Below are positions 16,055-25,048 of a DNA stretch of 29,261 nucleotides, piece after piece. Source of the DNA: Deltaproteobacteria bacterium (GTDB lineage: Bacteria > Myxococcota_A > UBA9160 > SMWR01); contig JAQBHB010000027.1 in assembly GCA_032128115.1 (NCBI GenBank), positions 1 to 29,261 on the forward strand. The letters run 5' to 3'. Below the pieces are notes generated by a model. The model saw nothing but the letters and a program-made list of their open reading frames with translations. It searched no databases and had not been told where the DNA came from. Both the position numbers and the translations under genes were made by a program. Every line of letters begins with the position of its first letter. Positions within the stretch are counted from its first letter, which is position 1.

Positions 16055-17268
16055 GTCCCAGACCCTGGTTCTTCAGTTGCGTCGGTCTGTAGATCGATCG
16101 GAAGCGTGAAATTGAATCGGCTTCCCGCACCGGGTTCGCTTTCTGCCCATATCCGCCCGCCCTGGCGTACAACCAATTCGCGACAGATGAAGAGCCCGAG
16201 CCCCAGACCGCTTCGGCTCGATGGCGTACCGTTCTTCTCCTGGTAGAGCCGTTCGAAAAGTTGGCCCATGGCCTTCGGTTTGATGCCCACGCCCGTGTCG
16301 GCGACTCTCAGGGTCACGAAGCCCTGGTTTTCCGGGTCCAGCGATGCGGTCACCGTCACGGTTCCACTCTCCGGCGTAAATTTTATGGCGTTCTCCAGCA
16401 GGTTTAGAAAGATCTGCTTCAGCCTGACGGGATCCGCCAGTACCCGTGGCAGGTCCGACGAACACTGGTCGATCAATGCGATGCCGTGCTCTGCGGCACG
16501 GGAGCGTAGGGTGCGAATCAGCTCCGCCACCACCGGCGCGACCGACGTCGGTACGGGCTCGATCACCAGCTTGCCGACATCGGCCCGCGTACTCTCGACG
16601 AGATCGCGAATCATGTGTTCCAGCTGTTTGACGTTCTTCAGCGCGACCTGGAGCGATTCCTTCTGTTCATCGTTCATCGGCCCGAGCAGGCCGTCGAGTG
16701 GGATCGTGATGAACTGGTGCAGAGCCGTCAGAGGCGTTCGAAGTTCGTGGGACACATGCGAGAGAAGTTGATCCTTGAAGAGAAGCTGTTGTTTGCGTGT
16801 GTGATCGAGCGCCGCGTGCGCTTCGTTGAGTTCGTGCGTCGCCTGCCGTTCCTTTTCGAGAGTCATCAGCAGGCGCGACAGCATGCCGGCCACGATCAAG
16901 AAGACGCCAAGGCGCATCGCGGTGTTCCACACTGGGATGATCGGATGCGAATACGTCTTTCCGCCCAGGAATACTTCGACCGCCATCCAAGTCGCGGCAC
17001 TGAGCAGGGCGACGAGGGCTCCGGCGCGCGGTCCGGACAACCAGGCGGCCGCGGACACCGGGACGAGATAAAAGATCGAAAACGAGATTTCGACTCCCGT
17101 AAGGTAGTCGAGCGCGCCGACACACAGGACGAGGATCGAGCAGGCTTGGATCGCGAGCGCAGATCGAACCGTGGTCCCCGTGTGCGGGTTCACTTCCTTG
17201 AGCAGGCGGATCAACTGCCCCGCGGCGATGCCGGGCAAGAATCGGGAGCGCCGTCGAGTCTGCCTCAT
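16051..17268 (-). CDS. Membrane sensor histidine kinase
   Basis: N-terminal TM helices; SHELRTPL H-box, NLLENAIKFT, DTGVGI, GLGLGL. Confidence 0.95.
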   Translation of the reverse strand: MRQTRRRSRFLPGIAAGQLIRLLKEVNPHTGTTVRSALAIQACSILVLCVGALDYLTGVEISFSIFYLVPVSAAAWLSGPRAGALVALLSAATWMAVEVFLGGKTYSHPIIPVWNTAMRLGVFLIVAGMLSRLLMTLEKERQATHELNEAHAALDHTRKQQLLFKDQLLSHVSHELRTPLTALHQFITIPLDGLLGPMNDEQKESLQVALKNVKQLEHMIRDLVESTRADVGKLVIEPVPTSVAPVVAELIRTLRSRAAEHGIALIDQCSSDLPRVLADPVRLKQIFLNLLENAIKFTPESGTVTVTASLDPENQGFVTLRVADTGVGIKPKAMGQLFERLYQEKNGTPSSRSGLGLGLFICRELVVRQGGRIWAESEPGAGSRFNFTLPIDLQTDATEEPGSGT

Positions 17269-17554
17269 GAATCTCTCATCGGCCGAACGGTAGCAGGGCT
17301 TGTTGGAACCGCGGGCGGACGGAGCGCCGCGCCAGCCGCAGTCCGGCTGCGACCGGCTCGCGGGCGGCGAATTCTAGTGGGACGCCCTTGTAGTGGGGCG
17401 CCCTTGGGTTGGCGGCGCGCGGGTCGGGGCGCCGCCGGATCGGGTCAGGGTTATCTCGGGGGCGGCGGCCGCGGTCGGGCGTGTCGACCAGCCAGGTGTT
17501 CGGCGGCCCGGCTGGCCTCGCGGTCGTCCCGCTGACCAGCCCCCGGGGGTTGAA

Positions 17555-17705
17555 CCCAAATTGTCGAGCGCTAGGTTGGTCACCGCCTCGCGAAGCCGGG
17601 AGTTCTCGTTCTCGAGATCTTTCACGCGCTTCGCCGGGTTGCCCTCGAGGCCACCAAATTCCCTGCGCGACCCGGGTAGTAGGTCTGCTCGATCAAGCCC
17701 GCGTT
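17555..17705 (-). pseudogene. IS3-family OrfA remnant
   Basis: GLIEQTYY / REFGGLEGNPAKRVKDLENENSRLREAVTNLALDN with a frameshift; no OrfB. Confidence 0.75.
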
Positions 17706-17774
17706 GCGGCAGAACGATAAAGGATTCTTTGCGCGAGCCCGCGCAACCCCGACACGCGGCTCGAAGGATTCGAC

Positions 17775-18557
17775 ATGTCAGTACCCGCTGAACCGAGCGC
17801 CACCAACAACGACCCGCAGGCCACAGCCGATGGCTTTCCGCGCCGAATCCTGTTCGCGGACGATCCGAGGGACGACCGCGCGCGGATGCTCGCGTTCGTG
17901 CACCGACCCGGTAGTGAGGTTGTCGTTGTCGACGGCGTTGCCGCGGCTCTTTCTCATGTCGAGAAGGAGCGTTTCGATCTGATTCTGATGGGCATGCAAT
18001 CGTCCCGCGCAGACGGCTACGGCGCCACGGGGCGGATTCGCGCGCTGGAAGCGGAGGCCGGCCGCCCTCGTGTTCCCATCATCGGGCTTACGGACGAAGC
18101 GGGGCGCGAGCAAACTGCCCGCTGCTTCAACGCCGGCTGTGATGCGCACATCGCGAGACCCGTGGACGAGCGGACACTCCTGGAGGCCATTCGGAATTGC
18201 ACAGACGATGTTTGCATCGAACCGGTTCCCGAGATTTCCGACCTGCTTCCCGATTATCTCGCGCATCGTCGCGCGGATATCGACGCGTTGTGGAAGGCGC
18301 TCGCAGTCGGGAACTGGCCGCTCGTCAGCCGGCTCGGCCACGACATGAAAGGATCGGGAAAGCTCTACGGTCTGCCGAGAATTCCAGAGATCGGCTCGCT
18401 TCTGGAAGCGTCCGGAAAAGCCAGAGACCGCCGGGAGGCTGAACTGGCGCTGTCGACCCTCGAGTCGTTTCTCGTCCGCGTGGCACTCAGAATCGGCGAC
18501 TCGGTTGCGCCGTCCGCATCGCCGGAGATCAACGCACCGGGTTTTCCTTCCCACTGA
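17775..18557 (+). CDS. Degenerate receiver + Hpt domain protein
   Basis: RILFADD...DLILMG (phospho-Asp replaced by Gly)...IARPV; C-terminal LGHDMKGSG..YG Hpt motif. Confidence 0.85.
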   Translation: MSVPAEPSATNNDPQATADGFPRRILFADDPRDDRARMLAFVHRPGSEVVVVDGVAAALSHVEKERFDLILMGMQSSRADGYGATGRIRALEAEAGRPRVPIIGLTDEAGREQTARCFNAGCDAHIARPVDERTLLEAIRNCTDDVCIEPVPEISDLLPDYLAHRRADIDALWKALAVGNWPLVSRLGHDMKGSGKLYGLPRIPEIGSLLEASGKARDRREAELALSTLESFLVRVALRIGDSVAPSASPEINAPGFPSH

Positions 18558-19233
18558 CGAAGCGATAGCCAACGCCGCGAACCGATTCTATGCGACAGCG
18601 CGACGCGCCGAGTTTACGCCGAAGCTGAACCACGTGAGCATCCACCGTTCGCTCCGTCACGACGGTGTCGCTCCACGCAGCGCGCAGCAGTTGCCCACGG
18701 CTCAAGACCTGGTTTTCATGCCGAGCGAGGTGGTATAGAAGTCGAAATTCATGGGGCGTGAGTCCGAGATCGAAACTGCCGACAGTGTCGGTTCGAAATA
18801 CGCGATACTGAGCCACGTCGAACCGCAAATCCACCTTTTCGAAGATCTCGGGCGCTTCGCGTCGGCCCCGTGAGCGTGCGATCCGCGCGTGAACGCGAGC
18901 GCGAAGCTCCGTCGGATTGAAGGGTTTTTCGATGTAGTCCTCCGCGCCGAGCGAGAACGCGGCCAGCTTATCTCGTATCTCGACCGACGCAGAGACGAAG
19001 AGAACGGGTACGTCGCGCGTGCGCGGATCCGCCTGGAGCCGCGCACACAACTCGTGGCCGCTTGCATCGGGGAGTCCGACGTCCAAAACGATGACGTCCG
19101 GCAGATCGCTTGCCAGAAAGCGCTCGGCGGTCGCCACGCAGTCGCACTCCACAACGGAGATCTCTGGAGAGAGCGCCCTCTTGATGAAGGCTCGAGTATC
19201 CCGGTCGTCCTCGACTAGCAGTGCCAACGGCAT
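18529..19233 (-). CDS. OmpR/PhoB-family response regulator
   Basis: LLVEDD, IVLDVGLP, YIEKPF, LTPHEF, RTVDAHV..LRRKL, VRGVGY; alternative start 19278. Confidence 0.92.
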   Translation of the reverse strand: MPLALLVEDDRDTRAFIKRALSPEISVVECDCVATAERFLASDLPDVIVLDVGLPDASGHELCARLQADPRTRDVPVLFVSASVEIRDKLAAFSLGAEDYIEKPFNPTELRARVHARIARSRGRREAPEIFEKVDLRFDVAQYRVFRTDTVGSFDLGLTPHEFRLLYHLARHENQVLSRGQLLRAAWSDTVVTERTVDAHVVQLRRKLGASRCRIESVRGVGYRFVSGKENPVR

Positions 19234-19355
19234 TCGCGTCGGGCCCACCCTCGCCTGGGAATGTGAAGAAAACTTCACGATGTCTGCACGCGGGCATCGC
19301 AGTGTGAACCGATAGAATCCCCAGCTAGCGAGTAGTCTAGCGATGGGGGTAAACT

Positions 19356-19871
19356 ATGGAAACCGCAACTTCGACGCAAACAGCTCTGACGGACAAGCTC
19401 TTCGGCTGGTTCCCCGAGGAGATCCTCTGCCACGATCCGCGAATGCTCGTGGTCGAGGACGATTGCGATCTCGAGCCGGTCATGCGGCGCCTGGCCCACT
19501 CGATCCGCTCCGATGTCACGGTCGATTGGTCCCGCGATGCCGGGACTGCGCGGGCTCTGCTTGAGCGTAATCTCTACGACGTCGTTCTCGTTGATCAGTG
19601 TCTGGGTGAGGAAGGCTCGGGCCTCGGCCTGCGATCGCGCTGCTGGGAGACCCAGCCGCAGGCGATCTTCGCCGTGATGTCGGCCTGGCCGCTTTCCGAC
19701 TATCTGCATTCCGTGGGTGGCGCCGGGACTCCATTTCTCCTCAAGCCCTTTGCGCTTTCCGAGTGTCGAGCCTTTCTGCGCTCGCTGCTTCGCGTCCCGC
19801 GTCGTGCCAAGCCGCGACGAGCCGTTGCGCGGACTCCCAGGCGCAGTGCAATCGAGGAGGACAAGACATGA
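19356..19871 (+). CDS. Single-domain response regulator
   Basis: LVVEDD, VVLVD, VMSA, LLKPF. Confidence 0.8.
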   Translation: METATSTQTALTDKLFGWFPEEILCHDPRMLVVEDDCDLEPVMRRLAHSIRSDVTVDWSRDAGTARALLERNLYDVVLVDQCLGEEGSGLGLRSRCWETQPQAIFAVMSAWPLSDYLHSVGGAGTPFLLKPFALSECRAFLRSLLRVPRRAKPRRAVARTPRRSAIEEDKT

Positions 19872-20356
19872 TCCAGATCCGCGCCACCGGTGATCGTACG
19901 CCGTTCTCAACATCAGACCCGAGGGTCGGCTACGGGCGCCCGCTGCATTTGATACTCGCCGAGGACGATCCCGACTTCGCGCGCGCGCTGATACGACGAT
20001 TCTCATGCTCGGAATCCGCGCGCTACCGGGTGCTGTGTCTGCCGGACCTCGAGGCGGTGCTGGCGTGTCTCGAGGTGCGACGGCCGGATGCGATCATCCT
20101 CGACCTGAGCCTGCTCGACTCGCGAGGCGCGAGCACGTTGATCTATGCGTGTAGCGTGGCCCGCATTGTGCCGATCCTGGTGCTGACCGCCAGCGATGAT
20201 CCGGCGCTCACCGATCTGGCGCTGCGAGCCGGAGCACACGACTATTTGATCAAGTCCCGGCACGATTTTGCCTGTATCGAGCGGGCGCTGCTCGCCGCGA
20301 TCCGGGGCGTCAGGGCGGGCTGGTATGCCCGGAATTCCCGGGAGGCATCGGATTGA
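19868..20356 (+). CDS. Single-domain response regulator
   Basis: GAGGAGG RBS, ATGA overlap; LAEDD, IILDLSL.D..G, VLTA, GAHDYLIK. Confidence 0.8.
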   Translation: MIQIRATGDRTPFSTSDPRVGYGRPLHLILAEDDPDFARALIRRFSCSESARYRVLCLPDLEAVLACLEVRRPDAIILDLSLLDSRGASTLIYACSVARIVPILVLTASDDPALTDLALRAGAHDYLIKSRHDFACIERALLAAIRGVRAGWYARNSREASD

Positions 20357-20383
20357 GCCAACGGGATGGGTCCCCAGCAGACG

Positions 20384-20488
20384 TACCTCTTCGGTGCTGA
20401 AGACCCCGGAGGTCTCGACGAGCTTCTGCACCGCGTCTGCGTCGCCCTCGCGCAGCACTTCGCGCAGGCGGGCGTCGGTGGTCTTCAC
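20384..20488 (-). pseudogene. 5' stub of a GNAT acetyltransferase
   Basis: GTGA overlap with the deacetylase stop; MKTTDARLREVLREGDADAVQKLVETSGVFSTEEV resembles GNAT N-termini recalled from KamA/ATP-grasp clusters, then similarity ends. Confidence 0.55.
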
Positions 20489-22260
20489 GGGCGCGGCGCG
20501 CGCGCGCCCGCGGCGGCGACGACCGGGTCCTTCAGGGCGCGCCACAGTCCCGCAAAGAAGTGGCGCGCGTTAGACCCCAGCGTGCGCGTACGGTAGCCCC
20601 CCTCCTGCACCACCAGCGTCGGCCTGCGCAGGGACCCGATCATCCGGCCGTTCGCTTCGAAGTCTCTGGTGCCAAGCGACCAGCTGCCGGTGGGATCGCC
20701 CTTGGCGGAATCCAGGCCCAGGGCGACCACGAGGAAGGTGGGCTCGAAGGCCTGGATGCGCTCCAGCGCCCGCCGCAGTACCGCGCGGTACGCCTTGCCG
20801 TCCAGCCGCTCGGGCTGCGGCAGGTTGACGTTGAAGCCCTCGCCGGCGCCCGCTCCGCACTCGTCTTCGAACCCGCTGAAGTAGGGATAGGCGAATCGGG
20901 GGTGGCCATGGATCGAGACCGTCAGCACGTCCGCGCGCTCGTAGAAGATGTCCTGCTGGCCGTTGCCGTGGTGGTAGTCCACGTCCAGGATCGCCACGGA
21001 ACCGGAATGGCTCAGGCGCTCGGCGGCGATCGCGGTGGAGTTGAAGTAGCAGAAGCCGCCGAAGACCCGGCGTTCGGCGTGGTGGCCCGGCGGACGGACC
21101 AGCGAGTAGGCGAGGCGTGCGCCGCGCTCCACCTCCTCGGCCGCTGTCAACGCGCAGTCCACGGCCCGGCGGGCGGCCGGGTAGGCGTTGCGATTGAGCG
21201 GGGTGAAGGTGTCGATGCAGAAGTATCCCGCTTGCACGGCGAGCTCGGAGGGCGGGCGCGCGGCGTTGCGGATCGGGAAGACGTAGGGATACACGGATTT
21301 CCCCGGCGCCACCTGCTCGCAGCAGCGGCGGAGGTAGTTCACCAGGCGCGCGTCGTGCACCGCGAGGACGAAGCGGTCCGGATGGCGACGCGGCTCGACG
21401 CGGCGGAACAGGCCCGTCGGCTCGATCTCCTTCAGGATCGCCCCGATCCGCACCGGAGACTCGACGTATCCGCGCTCGCGCACGTGGTGGATGTCGTGCT
21501 TGTCGTTTATCACCAGCGGGATCGGGCCCGGGCGCGCCGATTCCGGCCTGGGCGCCGCAGAGGTGGAGCGCTTGATGCGCCGGGCCCGGATCCGGACGGG
21601 ATCGTCGCGGAACGAACGCACCACGCGCGCGACGTATTCGGGCGGGCACAGGTAGTGGTATTTCTGCTCGAGGATGACCCGCACGACGGCCCGGGCCGCG
21701 CTGCGCCGAAGCCCCGCGTCGCTGTCCAGGGGGTCGAATACCAGCAAGGGCATGCCGCGATCGCCCGGGCGGATCGGTGCCTGGTATTCGGTTCCCTCCA
21801 CGGGCCGAGCGCCGTAACGCTCGTAGAAGCGCAGGCGCGCCACGTTGGCCCGGTACGCCGCCTCGCTCTCGCACTCCTCGCGCTCGTCCGGCGCGCACTC
21901 GCAGAAGATGCCGATCACGCCGAGCTCGCGGGCCTCGTCCCGCAGGGTCTCGTACAGGGCCCCGCCAATCCCGCCGCCCGTGAGGCGCGCGCCGCTCGCG
22001 ACGTAGTCGAGGAAGAGAAAGCGATGCTTCGGCTCGTGGGAGGCGAGCGCGAAGCCCTTCACGCCGCCGCGCAGGTCGTCTGCCACGAAGAGCAGGCTGC
22101 GGAACCGGAAGCGCAGAGGGTCGCGCAGGCGCTCTCCCAGATCGGCCACGTCCTCGGCCCGGGCGTGGGGGAACTGCTGGCACAGGATCTCCTGTACCTG
22201 CCCGATGGCGCGCCGGTCGATCGGCAACACGTCGTCGAAGACGCGGCGGATCCGGAACAC
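20485..22260 (-). CDS. GNAT-like domain fused to a histone-deacetylase/acetylpolyamine amidohydrolase domain
   Basis: N-term FLDYVAS....GGGIGGALY...RLRFYERYG; C-term RPPGHH, GGFCYFN, DVDYHHGNG, GLD, QEGGY. Confidence 0.9.
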   Translation of the reverse strand: MFRIRRVFDDVLPIDRRAIGQVQEILCQQFPHARAEDVADLGERLRDPLRFRFRSLLFVADDLRGGVKGFALASHEPKHRFLFLDYVASGARLTGGGIGGALYETLRDEARELGVIGIFCECAPDEREECESEAAYRANVARLRFYERYGARPVEGTEYQAPIRPGDRGMPLLVFDPLDSDAGLRRSAARAVVRVILEQKYHYLCPPEYVARVVRSFRDDPVRIRARRIKRSTSAAPRPESARPGPIPLVINDKHDIHHVRERGYVESPVRIGAILKEIEPTGLFRRVEPRRHPDRFVLAVHDARLVNYLRRCCEQVAPGKSVYPYVFPIRNAARPPSELAVQAGYFCIDTFTPLNRNAYPAARRAVDCALTAAEEVERGARLAYSLVRPPGHHAERRVFGGFCYFNSTAIAAERLSHSGSVAILDVDYHHGNGQQDIFYERADVLTVSIHGHPRFAYPYFSGFEDECGAGAGEGFNVNLPQPERLDGKAYRAVLRRALERIQAFEPTFLVVALGLDSAKGDPTGSWSLGTRDFEANGRMIGSLRRPTLVVQEGGYRTRTLGSNARHFFAGLWRALKDPVVAAAGARAPRP

Positions 22261-22266
22261 GCGGTC

Positions 22267-22521
22267 CTAGCTCCGGACTGCAGCGACGATCCTGGCCACC
22301 ACCGGGTGCTCCTCCAGGCCCGCGCGACCGGCCGCCGCCAGAAAGCCGGCGCCCGGCGAGAGGCACGGATTTGCATTCAGCTCGAGGATCCACGGTGTGG
22401 GCAGGCCGTCGGCCCGCAGCAGCCGTTTGGCCAGCACCTTGTGGGTGGTGAGGAAGAAGGCCGTGCTCCCCGAGCCGGTGAAGGCCACGCCCAGCGCGTC
22501 GTGGAGGATGGCGATCTTCAT
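22267..22521 (-). pseudogene. Internally deleted D-Ala-D-Ala-ligase-like ATP-grasp gene (84 aa)
   Basis: MKIAILHD | ALGVAFTGS...HKVLAKRLLRADGLPTPW | ILELNANPCLSPGAGF...: start, middle and C-terminal motifs fused in frame. Confidence 0.75.
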
Positions 22522-22523
22522 CG

Positions 22524-23546
22524 CTACCCAGCGCGCGCGGCGGGGAGCGACTCGGGCGCGGCCCTGGGCGCAGGAGCCCTGCGCAGCGCAGCCGACTCCA
22601 CGATGGTGCGAATCAGCGCCGCGTACGGCATGCCGACGGCGGTGGCGATCATTGGAAGGTCCGAGTGTGTCGGGTGGAGTCCCGGCAGCGCGTTCACCTC
22701 CAGCACCTGGGGCCGGCCGGCGGCGTCCAGACGCAGATCCACCCGCCCCGCGTCGCGGCACGAAAGGACGCGCCAGGCGGCCAGGGCCAGCGGCTCGACC
22801 CGGGATGCCTGGAAGGCGTCGGCCAGCGCGAAGTCGCAAAACTCCTCGCAGTGCTCCTTGTTCTGGTAGGTGTAGGAGTGCGCCTCGGCGCCGGGGCGCA
22901 GCGAGACCTCCAGTGTGCCCAGGGCGCGCGCGCGCCGCCCGCTTCCCAGCACGCCCACGGTGAACTCGCTTCCCGGCAGGTATTCTTCCACCAGCGCCGG
23001 CTGCCGGTAGCGCGCCAGTACCCGCCTGCAGGCCGCCCGCAGGGCCTCCCGACTGTCGACGCGGGACCTCGCGTCGATTCCCTTGGCGGTGCCCTCCGCC
23101 ACCGGCTTCACGAAGAGCGGCAGATCGAGCTCCACCGCCGCCGCGTCCTCCTCCTCTTCCACCAGATGGAAGGCTGGCGTGGGGATGCCCGCGTCGCGCA
23201 GAACGCGCTTGGCCATGGCCTTGTGGAGCGTGAGCGAGCAGACCATCGGATCCGAGAAGGTGTAGGGGATCCCGAACGCATCCAGCAGGGCGGGCACCTG
23301 GGCCTCGCGTCCGAAGCCTTCGAGTCCTTCGGCGGTGTTGAAGACCAGATCGAAGCGGGCGCCTCGCGCGAGCTGCGCGGTCAGGGCCCGCACGCCTCCC
23401 ACCCGCTCCGTCCGGTGGCCGAGACCGTGCAGCGCAGATTCGATCGCCTCCACGGTGGAGAGGGGATCGAACTCCGCCGTCTCCTCCTCGCCGTAGCCCG
23501 CCGCCAGGTACTCGTCGCGCAGGTCGTAGCAGAGGCCGATCCTCAC
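22524..23546 (-). CDS. D-Ala-D-Ala-ligase-like ATP-grasp protein
   Basis: GTG coupled to the KamA-family stop; REAQVPALLD..GIPYTFSD, FVKPVAEGTAKGI, VEEYLPGSEF, GRVDLR, LEVNALPG. Confidence 0.9.
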   Translation of the reverse strand: MRIGLCYDLRDEYLAAGYGEEETAEFDPLSTVEAIESALHGLGHRTERVGGVRALTAQLARGARFDLVFNTAEGLEGFGREAQVPALLDAFGIPYTFSDPMVCSLTLHKAMAKRVLRDAGIPTPAFHLVEEEEDAAAVELDLPLFVKPVAEGTAKGIDARSRVDSREALRAACRRVLARYRQPALVEEYLPGSEFTVGVLGSGRRARALGTLEVSLRPGAEAHSYTYQNKEHCEEFCDFALADAFQASRVEPLALAAWRVLSCRDAGRVDLRLDAAGRPQVLEVNALPGLHPTHSDLPMIATAVGMPYAALIRTIVESAALRRAPAPRAAPESLPAARAG

Positions 23547-24913
23547 GCTGCGCCACCCTCGGACGCCTTGTCCGGGGGATCCGGATACGCCGAGATCTCG
23601 CCGGACCAGCCCCGCAGCAACAGCTGGTCGTCCTGGCGCCCCACCACCGCGTCGGGCAGCAGCGCGATCTTGCCGCCGCCGCCAGGCCCGTCCACCACGT
23701 AGGTCGGGCAGGCGTAGCCGGTGGTGTGACCGCGCAGCCCGGCGATCAGCTCGAGGCCGCGCGATACGGTCGTGCGCAGGTGCTCCGAGCCCGAGATGGG
23801 ATCGCACTGGTAGAGGTAGTAGGGCCTCACCCGGACGCGCAGGAGCTCGCGGAACAGCAGGCGCAGTGTGTCCAGATCGTCATTGACGCCGCGCACCAGG
23901 ACGGTCTGGCTTCCGGTGGGGATCCCGGCGTCTGCGATCCGCTCGCAGGCCTGCCGGACCTCGGGCGTGAGCTCGGCGGGGTGCATGAAGTGGATGCTGA
24001 GCCAGAGCGGGTGGAAGCGGCGCAGCATCGCGAGCAGCGAGCTCGTCACACGCTGGGGCAGTACCGCCGGAATCTTCGTTCCGATGCGCAGGAACTCCAC
24101 GTGTGGAATTGCACTCAGTCGCTCCAGGATCCAGGCCAGCCGATCGTCGCCCATGGTGAGCGGGTCGCCCCCCGAGAGCAGGACGTCGCGGATCTGCGGC
24201 GTCGCCGCGATGTACTCGATCGCGCGCTCGTATTGCTCCGTGTTGAAGTGGCGCTCTCCCACATGACCTACCAGGCGGGCTCGCGTGCAGTAGCGGCAGT
24301 AGGTGGCGCAGAAGTTCGTCACCAGGAAGAGCACGCGATCGGGATAGCGGTGCACGAGGCCGGGCACCGGGCTGTCGCCGTCCTCGTCGAGCGGATCGTC
24401 CGCCTCCCCCGAGCCTCGCACGAACTCCGCGTCGACGGGAACCATCGTGCGGCGGATCGGTTCCATGGGATCCTCGGGATCCATCAGAGAGGCGTAATAG
24501 GGCGTGATCCCGACGGGCAGGCGCCCTCCGATGCGTTCAATGGTCTTGCGTTCGTCCTCGGAGAGCCGCAGCACATGCTCGAGGTGGTCCAGGCTTCGCA
24601 GCCGGTGGCGCAGTTGCCAGCGCCAGTCGTTCCAGTCGTGCTCCCCCGCGTCGGGGTGGAAGCGCTCCCGGTAGGCCCGCGCACGCGGGCCGATGGCGAA
24701 GTCGTAACCTGGAGGAACGGAGGCGGTGCTGATGCGTTCTGGTTCGAAGCCCGACGCGAGACCTACGGAACTGGTATCCGATTTTCGGAGAGATTTGGCC
24801 GCGCGGCGCGCGAGCCACGGGTTCGACGTTTCCAACTTCCCGAGTGCCCCCCATCCAAGCCGCCTTCCGGATCCGGGAATGTCCCGCTTCCGGCCGGGCG
24901 TGCTGGCCCCCAT
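23543..24913 (-). CDS. KamA-family radical SAM aminomutase (lysine 2,3-aminomutase-like)
   Basis: WNDWRWQL, GLVHRYPDR, CATYCRYCTR, SGGDPL, GGGGK PLP lysine; start uncertain. Confidence 0.93.
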   Translation of the reverse strand: MGASTPGRKRDIPGSGRRLGWGALGKLETSNPWLARRAAKSLRKSDTSSVGLASGFEPERISTASVPPGYDFAIGPRARAYRERFHPDAGEHDWNDWRWQLRHRLRSLDHLEHVLRLSEDERKTIERIGGRLPVGITPYYASLMDPEDPMEPIRRTMVPVDAEFVRGSGEADDPLDEDGDSPVPGLVHRYPDRVLFLVTNFCATYCRYCTRARLVGHVGERHFNTEQYERAIEYIAATPQIRDVLLSGGDPLTMGDDRLAWILERLSAIPHVEFLRIGTKIPAVLPQRVTSSLLAMLRRFHPLWLSIHFMHPAELTPEVRQACERIADAGIPTGSQTVLVRGVNDDLDTLRLLFRELLRVRVRPYYLYQCDPISGSEHLRTTVSRGLELIAGLRGHTTGYACPTYVVDGPGGGGKIALLPDAVVGRQDDQLLLRGWSGEISAYPDPPDKASEGGAA

Positions 24914-25048
24914 CGGCCGCTATATCTCGTTTGTCGGTCGGGTTGTCAAGGGCCAAGCGCCGGTCCGCCGGTCCGCCGGTCCGGTCCGGGCCGGGCGGGC
25001 CAGGGACGGGGCCCTGGAGGGCCACCACCCCGAGTCCCGTGCGGGCGG

